Assembly (NCBI GenBank): GCA_035297365.1 | Contig: DATGZA010000067.1 | Location: 1-64,000 of the forward strand | Length of the DNA stretch: 64,000 nucleotides | Source: Nitrososphaeraceae archaeon | GTDB taxonomy: Archaea; Thermoproteota; Nitrososphaeria; Nitrososphaerales; Nitrososphaeraceae | Direction of reading: 5' to 3' | Shown: in pieces, positions 40,646-50,631 of the stretch | Layout: each line of letters opens with the position of its first letter | Numbering within the stretch: position 1 is the stretch's first letter | The notes under the pieces: generated by a model | What the model was told of the DNA's origin: nothing | Seen by the model: the letters and a program-made list of their open reading frames with translations, nothing else | Databases searched by the model: none | Program-made: the position numbers and the translations under genes

Positions 40646-41887
40646 TTATGTAATTATTTTGAAATCTATTTCTTTTCTCTTTAGAAACTCTATCAAAAGT
40701 TCTGAATGTTTCTCATTTTCCAATTCTAAGCTTAAATAAACTCCTGCTGTTCCTGCAGCGATATTTGAACTGAGTCTATCATGTATTACCTCAACAATAT
40801 TTACGCTTAGATCAGAAATACCGTCTACAACAGTTTTCAAAGCTCCAGGTTTGTCTGGTAATTGTATAAAAATTTTTAACATTCTGTTCATTTGCATAAG
40901 TCCTTTTGCCACTACCTGTCCAAGTAGATACATATCAACATTGCCTCCTGAAAGAATTGATACAACTTTTTTATTTTTATTTTTGTGACCATTGGCCATT
41001 AAATAAGCTAAACTTACTGCACCCGCAGGTTCGATGACTAACTTCGATCTTTCCATTAATAGAAACATAGTTTTTACTATGGAACTATCATCAACTAATA
41101 CTACATCGTCAAGATATTTTTTTGCTATTTCAAAAGTTAAATTTCCTGGCGATTTTACTGCAATTCCATCAGCTATACTAAATTCACCTTTTTTTGTCTG
41201 AATCGATCCTTTCTCTAAAGATTCTTTCATTGCAGGAAATGCCTTCGATTCAACACCAATAATTCTAACATTTCTTTTTTTCTCTTTTATTGCTATAGCA
41301 ACCCCGCCAGCAAGACCCCCTCCACCTACAGGAAGATAAACCTCATCCAAGTCAGGTAGATCTTCCATTAACTCTAAACCTATAGAACCTTGTCCAGCTA
41401 TTACCTTGGGATCATCAAAGGCATGTATTATAGTCTTGTTCTCCTTTCTTGCCATTTCCTTTGCAATTATCCAAGCCTCATCATAGTCAGAACCTCTCAG
41501 AATAACTTGTGCATTATAAGATCTTGTTGCAGCAATTTTTGCAGGAGATGCATTAATTGGCATTACAATTGTACATGGAACATTTCTTATACCCGCCGCA
41601 TAAGCTACACCTTGAGCATGATTACCTGCTGATGCAGCTATGATTCCATATTTTATTTCTTCCTCAGATAAAGATTGGATCTTGTAAAGTGCTCCTCTTA
41701 CTTTAAAGGATCCTGTTTTTTGCAAAGCCTCATTTTTCAAGAAAACATTCGTACCTATAATTTTAGAAAAAGTATTAGATTTATAGAGAGGAGTTTTTCC
41801 AACAAAGCTTTTTAATACTTCTCTACTTCTTAGAATATCCTCATAGACCGGAAATTTTTTTGTTTCTAAATTTAAATCACTGCTCAT
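40646..41887 (-). CDS. ilvA: Threonine ammonia-lyase with C-terminal ACT domain
   Basis: QKTGSFKVRGA, SAGNHAQG, PVGGGGL, ADGIAV, SGGNVD, DKPGAL. Confidence 0.95.
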   Translation of the reverse strand: MSSDLNLETKKFPVYEDILRSREVLKSFVGKTPLYKSNTFSKIIGTNVFLKNEALQKTGSFKVRGALYKIQSLSEEEIKYGIIAASAGNHAQGVAYAAGIRNVPCTIVMPINASPAKIAATRSYNAQVILRGSDYDEAWIIAKEMARKENKTIIHAFDDPKVIAGQGSIGLELMEDLPDLDEVYLPVGGGGLAGGVAIAIKEKKRNVRIIGVESKAFPAMKESLEKGSIQTKKGEFSIADGIAVKSPGNLTFEIAKKYLDDVVLVDDSSIVKTMFLLMERSKLVIEPAGAVSLAYLMANGHKNKNKKVVSILSGGNVDMYLLGQVVAKGLMQMNRMLKIFIQLPDKPGALKTVVDGISDLSVNIVEVIHDRLSSNIAAGTAGVYLSLELENEKHSELLIEFLKRKEIDFKIIT

Positions 41888-41948
41888 TATATTAAAGAAT
41901 AGATTTTCATTTCTAATTATAATTTGCTATTTTATTAAAAAAAGAAGA

Positions 41949-42812
41949 TTAACTGGATACTAGTTTTAATATACGAACTATTTCATTTAATTTTTCAAGA
42001 ATACTTTCTGTCGTTGCTTTTTTAATTATTTTTGTATTTATGTAGGGATCTCTTATACCACTTTTTTTATTACTGATACCTTCTATTTCGAAATAAGATA
42101 TAATTCCTTCCTCTCCTTGCATCAATCTGTTGTAATCTATTCCAATTGTAGATATTCTGTACAGCTCTCTAACCATATCGTTTAACTCTGATACTAAACA
42201 CTCTCTCTTTCTGTTCAAAATCGTTATTTCTGGAAACTCTTTTTCATGTCGTAAGGCAATCTTTTCCAATCTTGACGTTAGTTGAGGATCCTCAAATAAT
42301 ATTGTGAATAATTCTTCAAAATTTAGCATATCTTTCCCACTTTTTTTCAATTCTTCTTTTATTGTTTCATTTCCTTTTTCTGTTAATAAAGAAAAACTTT
42401 CAAATTGTTGTTGATTGAGTTTTATTAATTCTTTTTGTATTTCAATAACTCTTTTATCAACATTGTAGAATGATAATGCATGAAATTGTATCCCAAAATA
42501 TCCATAAATATAAAATTTATCTATGGTAGTTGAAATCTGAAAAAATAAACGATGCAAATCATCAGTCTTAGATTCAGAAATATCAGATATAATCCACCCA
42601 TCTAGTACTTTCAAAAAGCTTTGAAACAAATTCCCAATTTCTCTTGGATCGAATGTTTCTGAAGAGGTAATAGTTCCATCTCCTAACATGACATTAACCT
42701 TTTGCATGATCAATTTAGGTTTCAGAAATGTTATAAATTCATAGTTAATCCTATCTACTTCTTTATTAATATTTGAAACGAATTCATCGTCTCCTTTTAA
42801 AGGTAGTCGCAT
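41949..42812 (-). CDS. Hypothetical protein with coiled-coil region
   Basis: 287 aa uninterrupted ORF; no recognised motif. Confidence 0.75.
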   Translation of the reverse strand: MRLPLKGDDEFVSNINKEVDRINYEFITFLKPKLIMQKVNVMLGDGTITSSETFDPREIGNLFQSFLKVLDGWIISDISESKTDDLHRLFFQISTTIDKFYIYGYFGIQFHALSFYNVDKRVIEIQKELIKLNQQQFESFSLLTEKGNETIKEELKKSGKDMLNFEELFTILFEDPQLTSRLEKIALRHEKEFPEITILNRKRECLVSELNDMVRELYRISTIGIDYNRLMQGEEGIISYFEIEGISNKKSGIRDPYINTKIIKKATTESILEKLNEIVRILKLVSS

Positions 42813-42965
42813 TTTAGATAATTATAATTATTTAACTTTAAAATAGATTTTGAAAAACTTTTAGTCTATATATTCTCAATAGCTTTGGTAAATATCTTAT
42901 CTATTAGGCAATAATTTGGTTAAAAAAAAATAAAACTAAAATATTAATTAAAACAAGATAAATTA

Positions 42966-43220
42966 ATGCCCACAGCATATATTTTGGTTAATTGTACTTT
43001 AGGCTCGGAAGAAAAAATAATTAGCGAATTGACAACGTTGTCAGATGTGAAGGAAGTAAGAGGAACCTATGGCGTTCATGATGTGTTTGTTAAAGTTCGA
43101 TCCAGTGATACTGAATCAATGAATAACACGATCACAAACAAGATAAGGAAAATCCCTGGTATCACCTCAACAGTTACTTTAGTAGTAATAGAGGAACAAG
43201 GTGGTAAAGAAAGTCTTTAA
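42966..43220 (+). CDS. Stand-alone Lrp/AsnC ligand-binding (RAM) domain protein
   Basis: AYILVNC..G.EE, GTYGVHDVFVKV, IRKIPGITSTVTL. Confidence 0.92.
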   Translation: MPTAYILVNCTLGSEEKIISELTTLSDVKEVRGTYGVHDVFVKVRSSDTESMNNTITNKIRKIPGITSTVTLVVIEEQGGKESL

Positions 43221-43258
43221 TCGAATTTTATTTATTTTAGCAATTCTAAATCGTTATT

Positions 43259-43471
43259 CTATGACTTAGTTTTTCTATCCTCTTCCTTTATTTTCTTTAT
43301 TTCATAAATTATTAGTATAGTACTTCCAACAATAATTGACCATCCAATAAATGCAACAATAATATGATAGTTATATACCGGGATCAAAAACGAAGCTAAT
43401 GCTATCGAAGCTCCTATCCACCAACTTACTATTAGCAATTGAAGACTAATTTTAGTAACTAATTTTATCAA
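43259..43471 (-). CDS. Small two-TM membrane protein
   Basis: Two hydrophobic helices and a basic tail; the TTG start overlaps the upstream stop (TTGA). Confidence 0.7.
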   Translation of the reverse strand: MIKLVTKISLQLLIVSWWIGASIALASFLIPVYNYHIIVAFIGWSIIVGSTILIIYEIKKIKEEDRKTKS

Positions 43472-43632
43472 CCTCTCAGATCCTCGTCAAATCCGCTAAA
43501 ATAACCTAAGATTTTGCCGCATTTTGCACACTTATAATATTCACTGAAATCAAAATTATTGTATAATCTGAATGAGAATGAATCACTATGTGAGCAAAAT
43601 AATCTTCTAAGTAGTTGTATTATAACATTCAA
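43468..43632 (-). CDS. 54-aa zinc-finger microprotein (not in ORF track)
   Basis: Manual translation MNVIIQLLRRLFCSHSDSFSFRLYNNFDFSEYYKCAKCGKILGYFSGFDEDLRG*; CxH...CxxC ligand set; 4-nt overlap with the next gene. Confidence 0.7.
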   Translation of the reverse strand: MNVIIQLLRRLFCSHSDSFSFRLYNNFDFSEYYKCAKCGKILGYFSGFDEDLRG

Positions 43633-43675
43633 TAATACGATCCTAATGTGAGTAGTATAATATATTATTAATTAA

Positions 43676-43776
43676 TGCCGTCGGTGAGATTTGAGCTCAC
43701 GACAGCTCGGTCTTCAGCTTCACCCTCGTGATTACCATAACGAGTCGAGTGCTCTCCCAGGCTGAGCTACGACGGC
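43676..43776 (-). tRNA. tRNA-Phe(GAA) with 27-nt non-canonical intron at position 30/31 (43719-43745)
   Basis: GCCGTCGTAGCTCAGCCTGGGAGAGCACTCG[intron]GCT-GAA-GACCGAG...CGACGGCA; clean BHB: CACT/GGTG helix, bulges CG|A and AA|G, outer helix CTCGT/ACGAG. Confidence 0.95.
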
Positions 43777-43973
43777 ATTTAAATAACTAAATTAATTTCA
43801 TCAATATATAATTCTATTTTGATTCACGAATTTTCTGTTTTATATAAAATTTATATTGTTGAATATTCATATAAAATCAAATTTATAATATTTCTATAAA
43901 AATAAAAGTAATTTTATTAATAACTTTTTTAACATAACTATATATCTAAAACTAAATAAAGATTAAAAATAAT

Positions 43974-44162
43974 TTGCTAGGAGATAAGCAAATGAATAAT
44001 TCAGTTAATCCTGAATCCAATCAAGTTATAGAAACTGCAGAGGAAAGGAAAAAAAGATTTCTTCTGGAATTTGATATGCCTTTCAAATGTGATAAATGCA
44101 ATGAAAGGTTCAAGAAAAAAAAATACCTTCGAGAACACAAGGCAGAGGTACATTCATACTAA
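43974..44162 (+). CDS. C2H2 zinc-finger microprotein
   Basis: PFKCDKCNERFKKKKYLREHKAEVHSY (F-x-C-x2-C-x3-F-x5-L-x2-H-x4-H). The start may be the ATG at 43992. Confidence 0.85.
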   Translation: MLGDKQMNNSVNPESNQVIETAEERKKRFLLEFDMPFKCDKCNERFKKKKYLREHKAEVHSY

Positions 44163-44216
44163 GTCTCTATAATCAACATTATAATATACTTGTATTCCAT
44201 AATTGAGTATCGATAA

Positions 44217-44252
44217 TATTTATTGCTATAACAGTATTTATTGCTATAACAG
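44217..44252 (+). repeat. Perfect 18-bp tandem duplication (TATTTATTGCTATAACAG x2) in the pduO promoter region
   Basis: Read directly; ends 17 nt before the ATG. Confidence 0.9.
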
Positions 44253-44269
44253 GATTTTATTAATGATAT

Positions 44270-44839
44270 ATGAAGATTTATACAAAGACAGGTGATAATG
44301 GATATACTGGTCTTATAGGTGGCCAAAGAATACCAAAGAATGATGCAAGAATAATATGTTATGGAAGCGTTGATGAGCTTAATTCTTATGTCGGATTATG
44401 TATTTCGATTTTGCTACAAAGACAAAATTCCGCATTTTTTTTCCAAGATCTGATAGAATTACTTACCTCATTACAGAATGATCTCTTTGTTATGGGATCA
44501 GATCTTGCTGATCCCGACTTGAAAAAACCATCTTCTATTAGGGTAAAAAAAGAGATGATAGATAATCTAGAAAATAAAATCGACATGTATGAAAGTGAAC
44601 TTGATCCGATAACGTTTTTTATATTGCCAGGCGGTTCTGTAGAATCAGCACATCTTCAAATTGCTAGAAGTATTACTAGGAGAGCAGAAACGAAAGTTTC
44701 AAAATTACTTTTTACTTCAGCTGAAACAGTGAATAATTTGATACTTGTCTATTTAAACAGATTCTCTGATTTGTTGTTTGTCATAGCTAGATTGATAAAT
44801 AAAAGATTAGGTGTATCCGATGTTGCATGGAAATCTTAA
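44270..44839 (+). CDS. PduO-type cob(I)alamin adenosyltransferase
   Basis: KIYTKTGDNG.T, YGSVDELNS, QNDLF, FILPGG, RRAE, YLNRFSDLLF. Confidence 0.95.
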   Translation: MKIYTKTGDNGYTGLIGGQRIPKNDARIICYGSVDELNSYVGLCISILLQRQNSAFFFQDLIELLTSLQNDLFVMGSDLADPDLKKPSSIRVKKEMIDNLENKIDMYESELDPITFFILPGGSVESAHLQIARSITRRAETKVSKLLFTSAETVNNLILVYLNRFSDLLFVIARLINKRLGVSDVAWKS

Positions 44840-44879
44840 TATAATTAAGGAATCTACAATCAGAAAGTAGTGTCTTTAA

Positions 44880-45071
44880 ATGGGACAAATACGAAATGTT
44901 GCTATAATCATAGTGATTACTGTTATAATGGGAATTATTACAATATTATTAGCCCATCTTTTTGACATCTTTCTAAAACCGTTGATGATGTCTATCTTTT
45001 CATCAGATTTAATCATGATATCTTATATCATTCAGCCAAGTGATTTGTCTTGGTATATTACACTTAAATGA
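44880..45071 (+). CDS. Small hydrophobic hypothetical protein
   Basis: 63 aa ATG ORF with a strong N-terminal TM helix, on the same strand as its neighbours. Confidence 0.5.
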   Translation: MGQIRNVAIIIVITVIMGIITILLAHLFDIFLKPLMMSIFSSDLIMISYIIQPSDLSWYITLK

Positions 45072-45108
45072 ATAAAAAGATAAAACCCATGTTTTTTTCT
45101 TATATTGT

Positions 45109-45762
45109 ATGTATACACCAAATGATGTTAAAGATGGTAATAGACTTATTGATGTTAGTAATAGTGTAAGTAACAACGGATCCCATGATGTAGACATTGA
45201 TACTTTTATTCAATCCATATTTAGATTAAAGAAAATAAAAAGAACAGGATGGCTTGCGAAAGGAAAAATACTTAATGGAGAATCTATTGCTGATCACAGC
45301 TATTCCTTATCTGCACTCTGTATGGTTTTTTCTGATATTTTAGGTCTGGATACTGCAAAAGTAATGAAGATGTGTATAATACACGATCTGGCCGAATCAA
45401 TAATGGGTGATATTATGCCAGATGAAATTCCTGAGAAGGAAAAAAAGATAAAGGAAAATAAAGTTATGAAATCCATATTGTTTTCCCTTCCTGTTTCCGT
45501 CAGGATAGATTACATTGGAATATGGAGAGAATTCTTGTTAAATAGATCAGAAGAGGCCCGATTAGTTCATAAAATGGATAAGTTAGAAATGTTGTTACAA
45601 GCAAGAGAGTATTTCCTTCAGGGTTATCCAATCAGATATTTAGAACAATTCTTCAAATCTATAGAAAAATATTGTAATCAGGAAGATAATCCATCAATAT
45701 ATGGGATTTTAGGTATTTCAAATATCTTGAAAAATTTAAAATACTCTTTGGATAAAAAATAA
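45109..45762 (+). CDS. HD-domain hydrolase (YfbR/HDDC2-like 5'-deoxynucleotidase)
   Basis: LKKIKRTGW, ESIADHS, IHDLAES..GDI, DKLEM. Confidence 0.9.
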   Translation: MYTPNDVKDGNRLIDVSNSVSNNGSHDVDIDTFIQSIFRLKKIKRTGWLAKGKILNGESIADHSYSLSALCMVFSDILGLDTAKVMKMCIIHDLAESIMGDIMPDEIPEKEKKIKENKVMKSILFSLPVSVRIDYIGIWREFLLNRSEEARLVHKMDKLEMLLQAREYFLQGYPIRYLEQFFKSIEKYCNQEDNPSIYGILGISNILKNLKYSLDKK

Positions 45763-45772
45763 TGTATATAAA

Positions 45773-46096
45773 ATGCATTATTTTATGGCGTTAAAACTTG
45801 GAGAGAAAAGAGTTAAACAGGCACGAGATCTTCTACAACTCTATACGGGAAATGCAATGCCAGCTCTTGCCCTAAAAGATACTAAATTAAATGACTGGTC
45901 TCCGGTAGGAGAAGAGAATCTTGTTGCAGTGGTTCAAGAATCCAATGGATATATGATAGTGTTATGTGATAGTAATGGGATAGCAAAAACTATAGCACAA
46001 TGGTTTTCAGAAGAAGATAAGAATAATATTATTTTAAAAATAAAAGAAGAGCAGAATTTACAGGAATATTTTGGAAAATTATCTTTACCTATATAA
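45773..46096 (+). CDS. Hypothetical protein
   Basis: 107 aa ORF in an operon-like position; no recognised motif. Confidence 0.75.
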   Translation: MHYFMALKLGEKRVKQARDLLQLYTGNAMPALALKDTKLNDWSPVGEENLVAVVQESNGYMIVLCDSNGIAKTIAQWFSEEDKNNIILKIKEEQNLQEYFGKLSLPI

Positions 46097-46136
46097 TTAA
46101 CCCTTAAGTACCCATTACTGTATCTAACAATGTAAT

Positions 46137-47372
46137 TTGGCGAAAAAAATAGAACAGGAAATAGAAGTTAAAGGTCATTTGATTGATTCAATGATCCTGA
46201 CTAATATTTTCGATAAGATCATGGATCTAAAAGGTGATTTCAAAGTTATTGAATTTAACGTCGGTCGAAAGAAAACATCTCCTAGTTATGCCAGACTAGT
46301 AATAAGCGGCAAGGACCAAAAACACCTAGATGAGATATTAGAAGCTGTTTATAGAGAAGGTGCTCAACCAATCACTACAAAAGATGTCTTGTTGGAACCA
46401 TCTCCAACAAATATGGTTATGCCAGATTTGTTTTATAGTACTACTAATAAACCAACACAGATTTATTATGGTGGAAAATGGATCGATGTCAAAAATATTA
46501 TGATGGATAAGTGTATAGTGATTGATGCACAAAAAAATATTGCCGAATGTAAAATGATAAGAGATATAAAAAAAGGAGATCTTGTAGTAGTAAAAGAAAG
46601 AGGCATAAGAATTATCCCAGAAGAAAGACCGCGTCAGGGAGTCGATATATTTCAGTTTATGAGTAGTAGCTCATCTAGTGAGAGACCAACCCAACATATT
46701 ATCAAAAAAGTAGCAAACGATATTTATGAAGTAAAACAAAAAAAAGGTAAAATAGTTGCCGTAGGAGGACCAGTAATAGTACACTCTGGAGGTTCACAAT
46801 CCTTAGCCAAATTAATAAGTATGGGCTATATTGACGGATTACTTGCTGGAAATGCATTAGCGGTTCATGATATTGAAAATGCATTATTGGGTACTTCTCT
46901 TGGAATGAATATCGATGATGGAACTTTAGCAGTACGAGGACACAGAAATCATATGCAGTCGATCAATGAAGTTTTTAAATACGGTTCAATAAAGAAGATG
47001 GTTGAAAAGGGATCTCTAACGAAAGGAATTATGTATGAATGTATTAAAAATAATATTCCATATGTATTGTCTGGATCTATAAGAGACGATGGTCCTATTC
47101 CAGATGTAGTTACTGATATTGTTGAGGCTCAAAGGAAATATAAAGAAATTTTGAAGGATGTAAAAATGGTAATAATGCTTTCATCAATGTTGCATTCAAT
47201 TGCCGTAGGAAATATGTTACCCTCATATGTAAAAGTAATTGCAGTTGATATAAATCAATCTGTTGTCACAAAGCTATTGGATAGAGGTACAACTCAAGCT
47301 ATTGGAATAGTAACTGATGTGGGTGTATTTCTTCCAATGATATTGCAACATTTAAAAGATTTTTCAAACTAG
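46137..47372 (+). CDS. TIGR00300-type (LOR/SDH-like) protein, probable ornithine cyclodeaminase
   Basis: GHLIDS, FYSTTN, MDKCIV, FQFMSSSSSSERP, AGNALAVHDIE, GSIRDDGP, LHSIAVGNMLP, KLLDRGT. Confidence 0.85.
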   Translation: MAKKIEQEIEVKGHLIDSMILTNIFDKIMDLKGDFKVIEFNVGRKKTSPSYARLVISGKDQKHLDEILEAVYREGAQPITTKDVLLEPSPTNMVMPDLFYSTTNKPTQIYYGGKWIDVKNIMMDKCIVIDAQKNIAECKMIRDIKKGDLVVVKERGIRIIPEERPRQGVDIFQFMSSSSSSERPTQHIIKKVANDIYEVKQKKGKIVAVGGPVIVHSGGSQSLAKLISMGYIDGLLAGNALAVHDIENALLGTSLGMNIDDGTLAVRGHRNHMQSINEVFKYGSIKKMVEKGSLTKGIMYECIKNNIPYVLSGSIRDDGPIPDVVTDIVEAQRKYKEILKDVKMVIMLSSMLHSIAVGNMLPSYVKVIAVDINQSVVTKLLDRGTTQAIGIVTDVGVFLPMILQHLKDFSN

Positions 47373-47456
47373 TATATTAGTCTAGGAAATATTGTTCTTG
47401 AATCTACAACATATTTTTGATAACGATAATTTATTTTTTTATTTGATATTTTAATT

Positions 47457-48881
47457 CTAAATTTGTTCTAATTTTTTTCTTATTAACTTCAGAGTAATCT
47501 TAGGATCTGCTCTTCCGCGAGTAGCCATCATCACTTTTCCCAATAGAAAATTAATGGCATTGATATTTTTTTTTGTATCAATTACTGCGTTTTTTCCCTC
47601 CTCAAATATTTTGTTAATCGTTTCATTGAGGATTTGTTCATCTGTAATCATAGTAACCTCTTTTCTATTTATTAACTTTGAAGGCAATTCTCCAGTTTTA
47701 ATAATTTTGCCAATAATATTTTTAGCAGTTGTTCTATTAATTTTGTTATTATCAACCAATTTTGCAATTTCTGCGATATGGTTAGCATTGATCTTCATGT
47801 TTTCTAGAGACTTTTTCCCAGATGAATCATAATCCGCGAAAGCCAAAATATCACTAACTATCCAATTTGATATTGATACCGGAGAATTATATATATTGAC
47901 CGCAGATTCAAAGAGGTCTCCTAATTCCTTATTATCAATAAGTATTTGAGATACATGTTCTGATAATCCGAAGTTATTAATAAATCTAGATTTTCTATCA
48001 TCCGGAAGTTCTGGAATCTGAAGAGAAGCAATGTATTTTTCTTCTACCATGATTTTTGGTATATCCGGTTCTAGAAAATATCGATAATCTTCTTCTTCTT
48101 CTTTCGATCTTGATTGCTTTGTTATCTTCCTTTTATCATCCCAATGACGAGTTTCTGCCTTTATCTTAATCTCATGTAAATTCATTGTTTGCTGTCTTGT
48201 TATCTCGTACGCAAGGGCTTTCTCTACGTCTCCGAACGATCCAACATTTTTTATTTCAACTTTTTTTCCATCTCCAATAGAGACATTAGCGTCACATCTA
48301 ACAGATCCTTCCAAGTCTGTATTACATACACCTAAATGTTCCAGTATTGATGTCATTTTATTGAGAAATAATCTTACATCTTTTGGGTCAGTAAAATCAG
48401 GTTCAGTTACTATTTCTATAAGTGCAACACCAGATCTATTGTAATCAATTAATGCTTGTTGTCTGCCCTCTTCAAAAATAAGCCGACCTGGGTCCTCCTC
48501 TAATTGAATTCTTCTAATTCTTGTCTTTTTGTTATTTCCATAGAATACAATACCATTTTTTCCAATACTCGTATCGGTTTCATTGGAATCATATTGTGTA
48601 ATCTGAAAATTTTTTGGCAGATCGGGATAAAAATAATTTTTCCTTGAAAACATAGTTATTTCTGGTACTTTACAATTTAGGGCTTTCGAGATCATGATGG
48701 CATGTTCTAGTGCCTTTTTATTCAAAATAGGCAGACTTCCTGGTAAACCTATACAGACTGGACATATATTTTCGTTGATGTCTTTTCCTCGATAGTTTGA
48801 ATAGCACGAACAAAATAATTTACTATTCAATTCTGTTAGCTGGCAGTGTATCTCAAGACCAATTTTAACTGGAAGGACCAT
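47457..48881 (-). CDS. gatB: Asp/Glu-tRNA amidotransferase subunit B
   Basis: IGLEIHCQL, SRKNYFYPDLPK, EIVTEPD, RCDANVS, DYRYFLEPD. Confidence 0.97.
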   Translation of the reverse strand: MVLPVKIGLEIHCQLTELNSKLFCSCYSNYRGKDINENICPVCIGLPGSLPILNKKALEHAIMISKALNCKVPEITMFSRKNYFYPDLPKNFQITQYDSNETDTSIGKNGIVFYGNNKKTRIRRIQLEEDPGRLIFEEGRQQALIDYNRSGVALIEIVTEPDFTDPKDVRLFLNKMTSILEHLGVCNTDLEGSVRCDANVSIGDGKKVEIKNVGSFGDVEKALAYEITRQQTMNLHEIKIKAETRHWDDKRKITKQSRSKEEEEDYRYFLEPDIPKIMVEEKYIASLQIPELPDDRKSRFINNFGLSEHVSQILIDNKELGDLFESAVNIYNSPVSISNWIVSDILAFADYDSSGKKSLENMKINANHIAEIAKLVDNNKINRTTAKNIIGKIIKTGELPSKLINRKEVTMITDEQILNETINKIFEEGKNAVIDTKKNINAINFLLGKVMMATRGRADPKITLKLIRKKLEQI

Positions 48882-50338
48882 TATAGATCTGGATATGAAT
48901 TAATATTAATAGATTTTTCAAATAATTCACTTGAATTAAATAGTTTATCTTCTTGCAATTCATCTGCCATTATTTGAATTCCTATTGGAAGACCATCTTT
49001 GAATCCAGCAGGAATAGATATAGCTGGAATCCCAGATAAATTGGCTAAAACGGTATTTACATCTATCAGATACATCATCAATGGATCATCTATCTTTTCT
49101 CCAATTTTAAACGGAAGAACAGGAACAGTTGGAGATAGTAATAAATCATATTTCTTGAACAATTGCTTTAATTCCGTCTTTATCATAGATCTAGCTTTCT
49201 GGGCTTTAAGGTAATATTTTCCGTAGTATCCAGAAGACAATACATATGTACCAACTATTATTCTACGTTTAACCTCATTTCCAAAATTTCCTCTTGCTTT
49301 TGAAAAATAAACATTCCATTCATATTCCTCAGGATCTAATTCAAAACCATATCGTATGTTATCATATCTTGCAAGGTTACTGCTAGCTTCGGCTGTGGCT
49401 ATAGTATAATATGAGGCAAGTGCATATTCTGTAGATTTCAATGAGGTCTCTTCACACTCAAAGTCTAGATTCTTAAAAACGTCCAATGAAGAATAAACAC
49501 ACTTGGAAACATCTACATCAGCTCCGTCAATTAATTCTTTTATTAGTCCTATTTTTATCTTCTTATTATTGTAGAATTTATTATTTACTGTATTACGATT
49601 ATGTAGGTTGTTGTCTAAAGTAGTATTATCATTAAAGTCTTTTCCAGAAATAATAGAAAATATTTCTCTGACATCTGAAACATTTTTACCAATAGGACCA
49701 ATTTGTTCCAAGCTGTTAGAATATGAAATAAGGCCGTATCTACTAACCAAACCATATGTAGGTTTCAATCCTACGACAGAACAAAAACTGGATGGACATC
49801 GTATCGATCCCCCGGTGTCTGAACCTAGTGATACAGTACACATTTGTGCTGCAACACTTGCTGCACTTCCCCCAGAAGACCCTCCACAAACATAATCTGT
49901 CTTCCATGGATTTCGTGTCAAACCAAAATAACTCCATTCTGTAGTTGACCCCATTGCAAATTCATCCAAGTTTACCTTTCCTATAATTATTGCATCCTTG
50001 TCTAGGAGTCTTTTTACTACGGTGGCATTATATGGAGGAACATATTCTGATAACATTTTTGAGGCACAGGTAGTTTTTAGATTTATTGTACTTATATTAT
50101 CTTTAACTCCTATACCTATTCCAGCTAAAGACCCAACAGGATCTCCCCTTTTTATCTTATTATCGATCTCTTTTGCTTGGTTTAAGACATTCTTATTAAG
50201 TGTTATAAATACATTAATCTTTTTGTCTATCTTTTCTATTCTATCCAGTAACGAAGAAACATATTCTTCAGCAGTAAAATATCTATTTCTAATACCCTCT
50301 ACTACATCCTGAACATCTAATTTCGGCAAATTTGACAT
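48881..50338 (-). CDS. gatA: Asp/Glu-tRNA amidotransferase subunit A
   Basis: VKDNI, NLDEFAMGS, GGSSGGSAA, GSDTGGSIR amidase signature, EVKRRI. Confidence 0.97.
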   Translation of the reverse strand: MSNLPKLDVQDVVEGIRNRYFTAEEYVSSLLDRIEKIDKKINVFITLNKNVLNQAKEIDNKIKRGDPVGSLAGIGIGVKDNISTINLKTTCASKMLSEYVPPYNATVVKRLLDKDAIIIGKVNLDEFAMGSTTEWSYFGLTRNPWKTDYVCGGSSGGSAASVAAQMCTVSLGSDTGGSIRCPSSFCSVVGLKPTYGLVSRYGLISYSNSLEQIGPIGKNVSDVREIFSIISGKDFNDNTTLDNNLHNRNTVNNKFYNNKKIKIGLIKELIDGADVDVSKCVYSSLDVFKNLDFECEETSLKSTEYALASYYTIATAEASSNLARYDNIRYGFELDPEEYEWNVYFSKARGNFGNEVKRRIIVGTYVLSSGYYGKYYLKAQKARSMIKTELKQLFKKYDLLLSPTVPVLPFKIGEKIDDPLMMYLIDVNTVLANLSGIPAISIPAGFKDGLPIGIQIMADELQEDKLFNSSELFEKSININSYPDL

Positions 50339-50339
50339 A

Positions 50340-50612
50340 CTAATTCATCTGTGGACCTCTGACAAATTTGTCTTTTTTATTTTTTATGACCTTCTGTATG
50401 TCTCTATCAAATTCATTAACTTTATCTTCTCTTAAATCTGAAATTTTCTTTATCATTGAGTACGACTCCATTTCAATTAAAGATATTTCATCTAATTTAT
50501 CCAAATATCCAACAATCTTTTCAATCTGTTTTACATATGTTTCATACTCTTCTTCAGATAGTTCTATTTTGGAAAGTTTACTGAGATGTTTAAGTTCGTC
50601 TTTTGTGATCAT
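50340..50612 (-). CDS. gatC: Asp/Glu-tRNA amidotransferase subunit C
   Basis: ITKDELKHLSKLSKIEL..LREDKV; between aspS and gatA. Confidence 0.9.
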   Translation of the reverse strand: MITKDELKHLSKLSKIELSEEEYETYVKQIEKIVGYLDKLDEISLIEMESYSMIKKISDLREDKVNEFDRDIQKVIKNKKDKFVRGPQMN

Positions 50613-50631
50613 ATTCTAAAGATCCTTTCCA

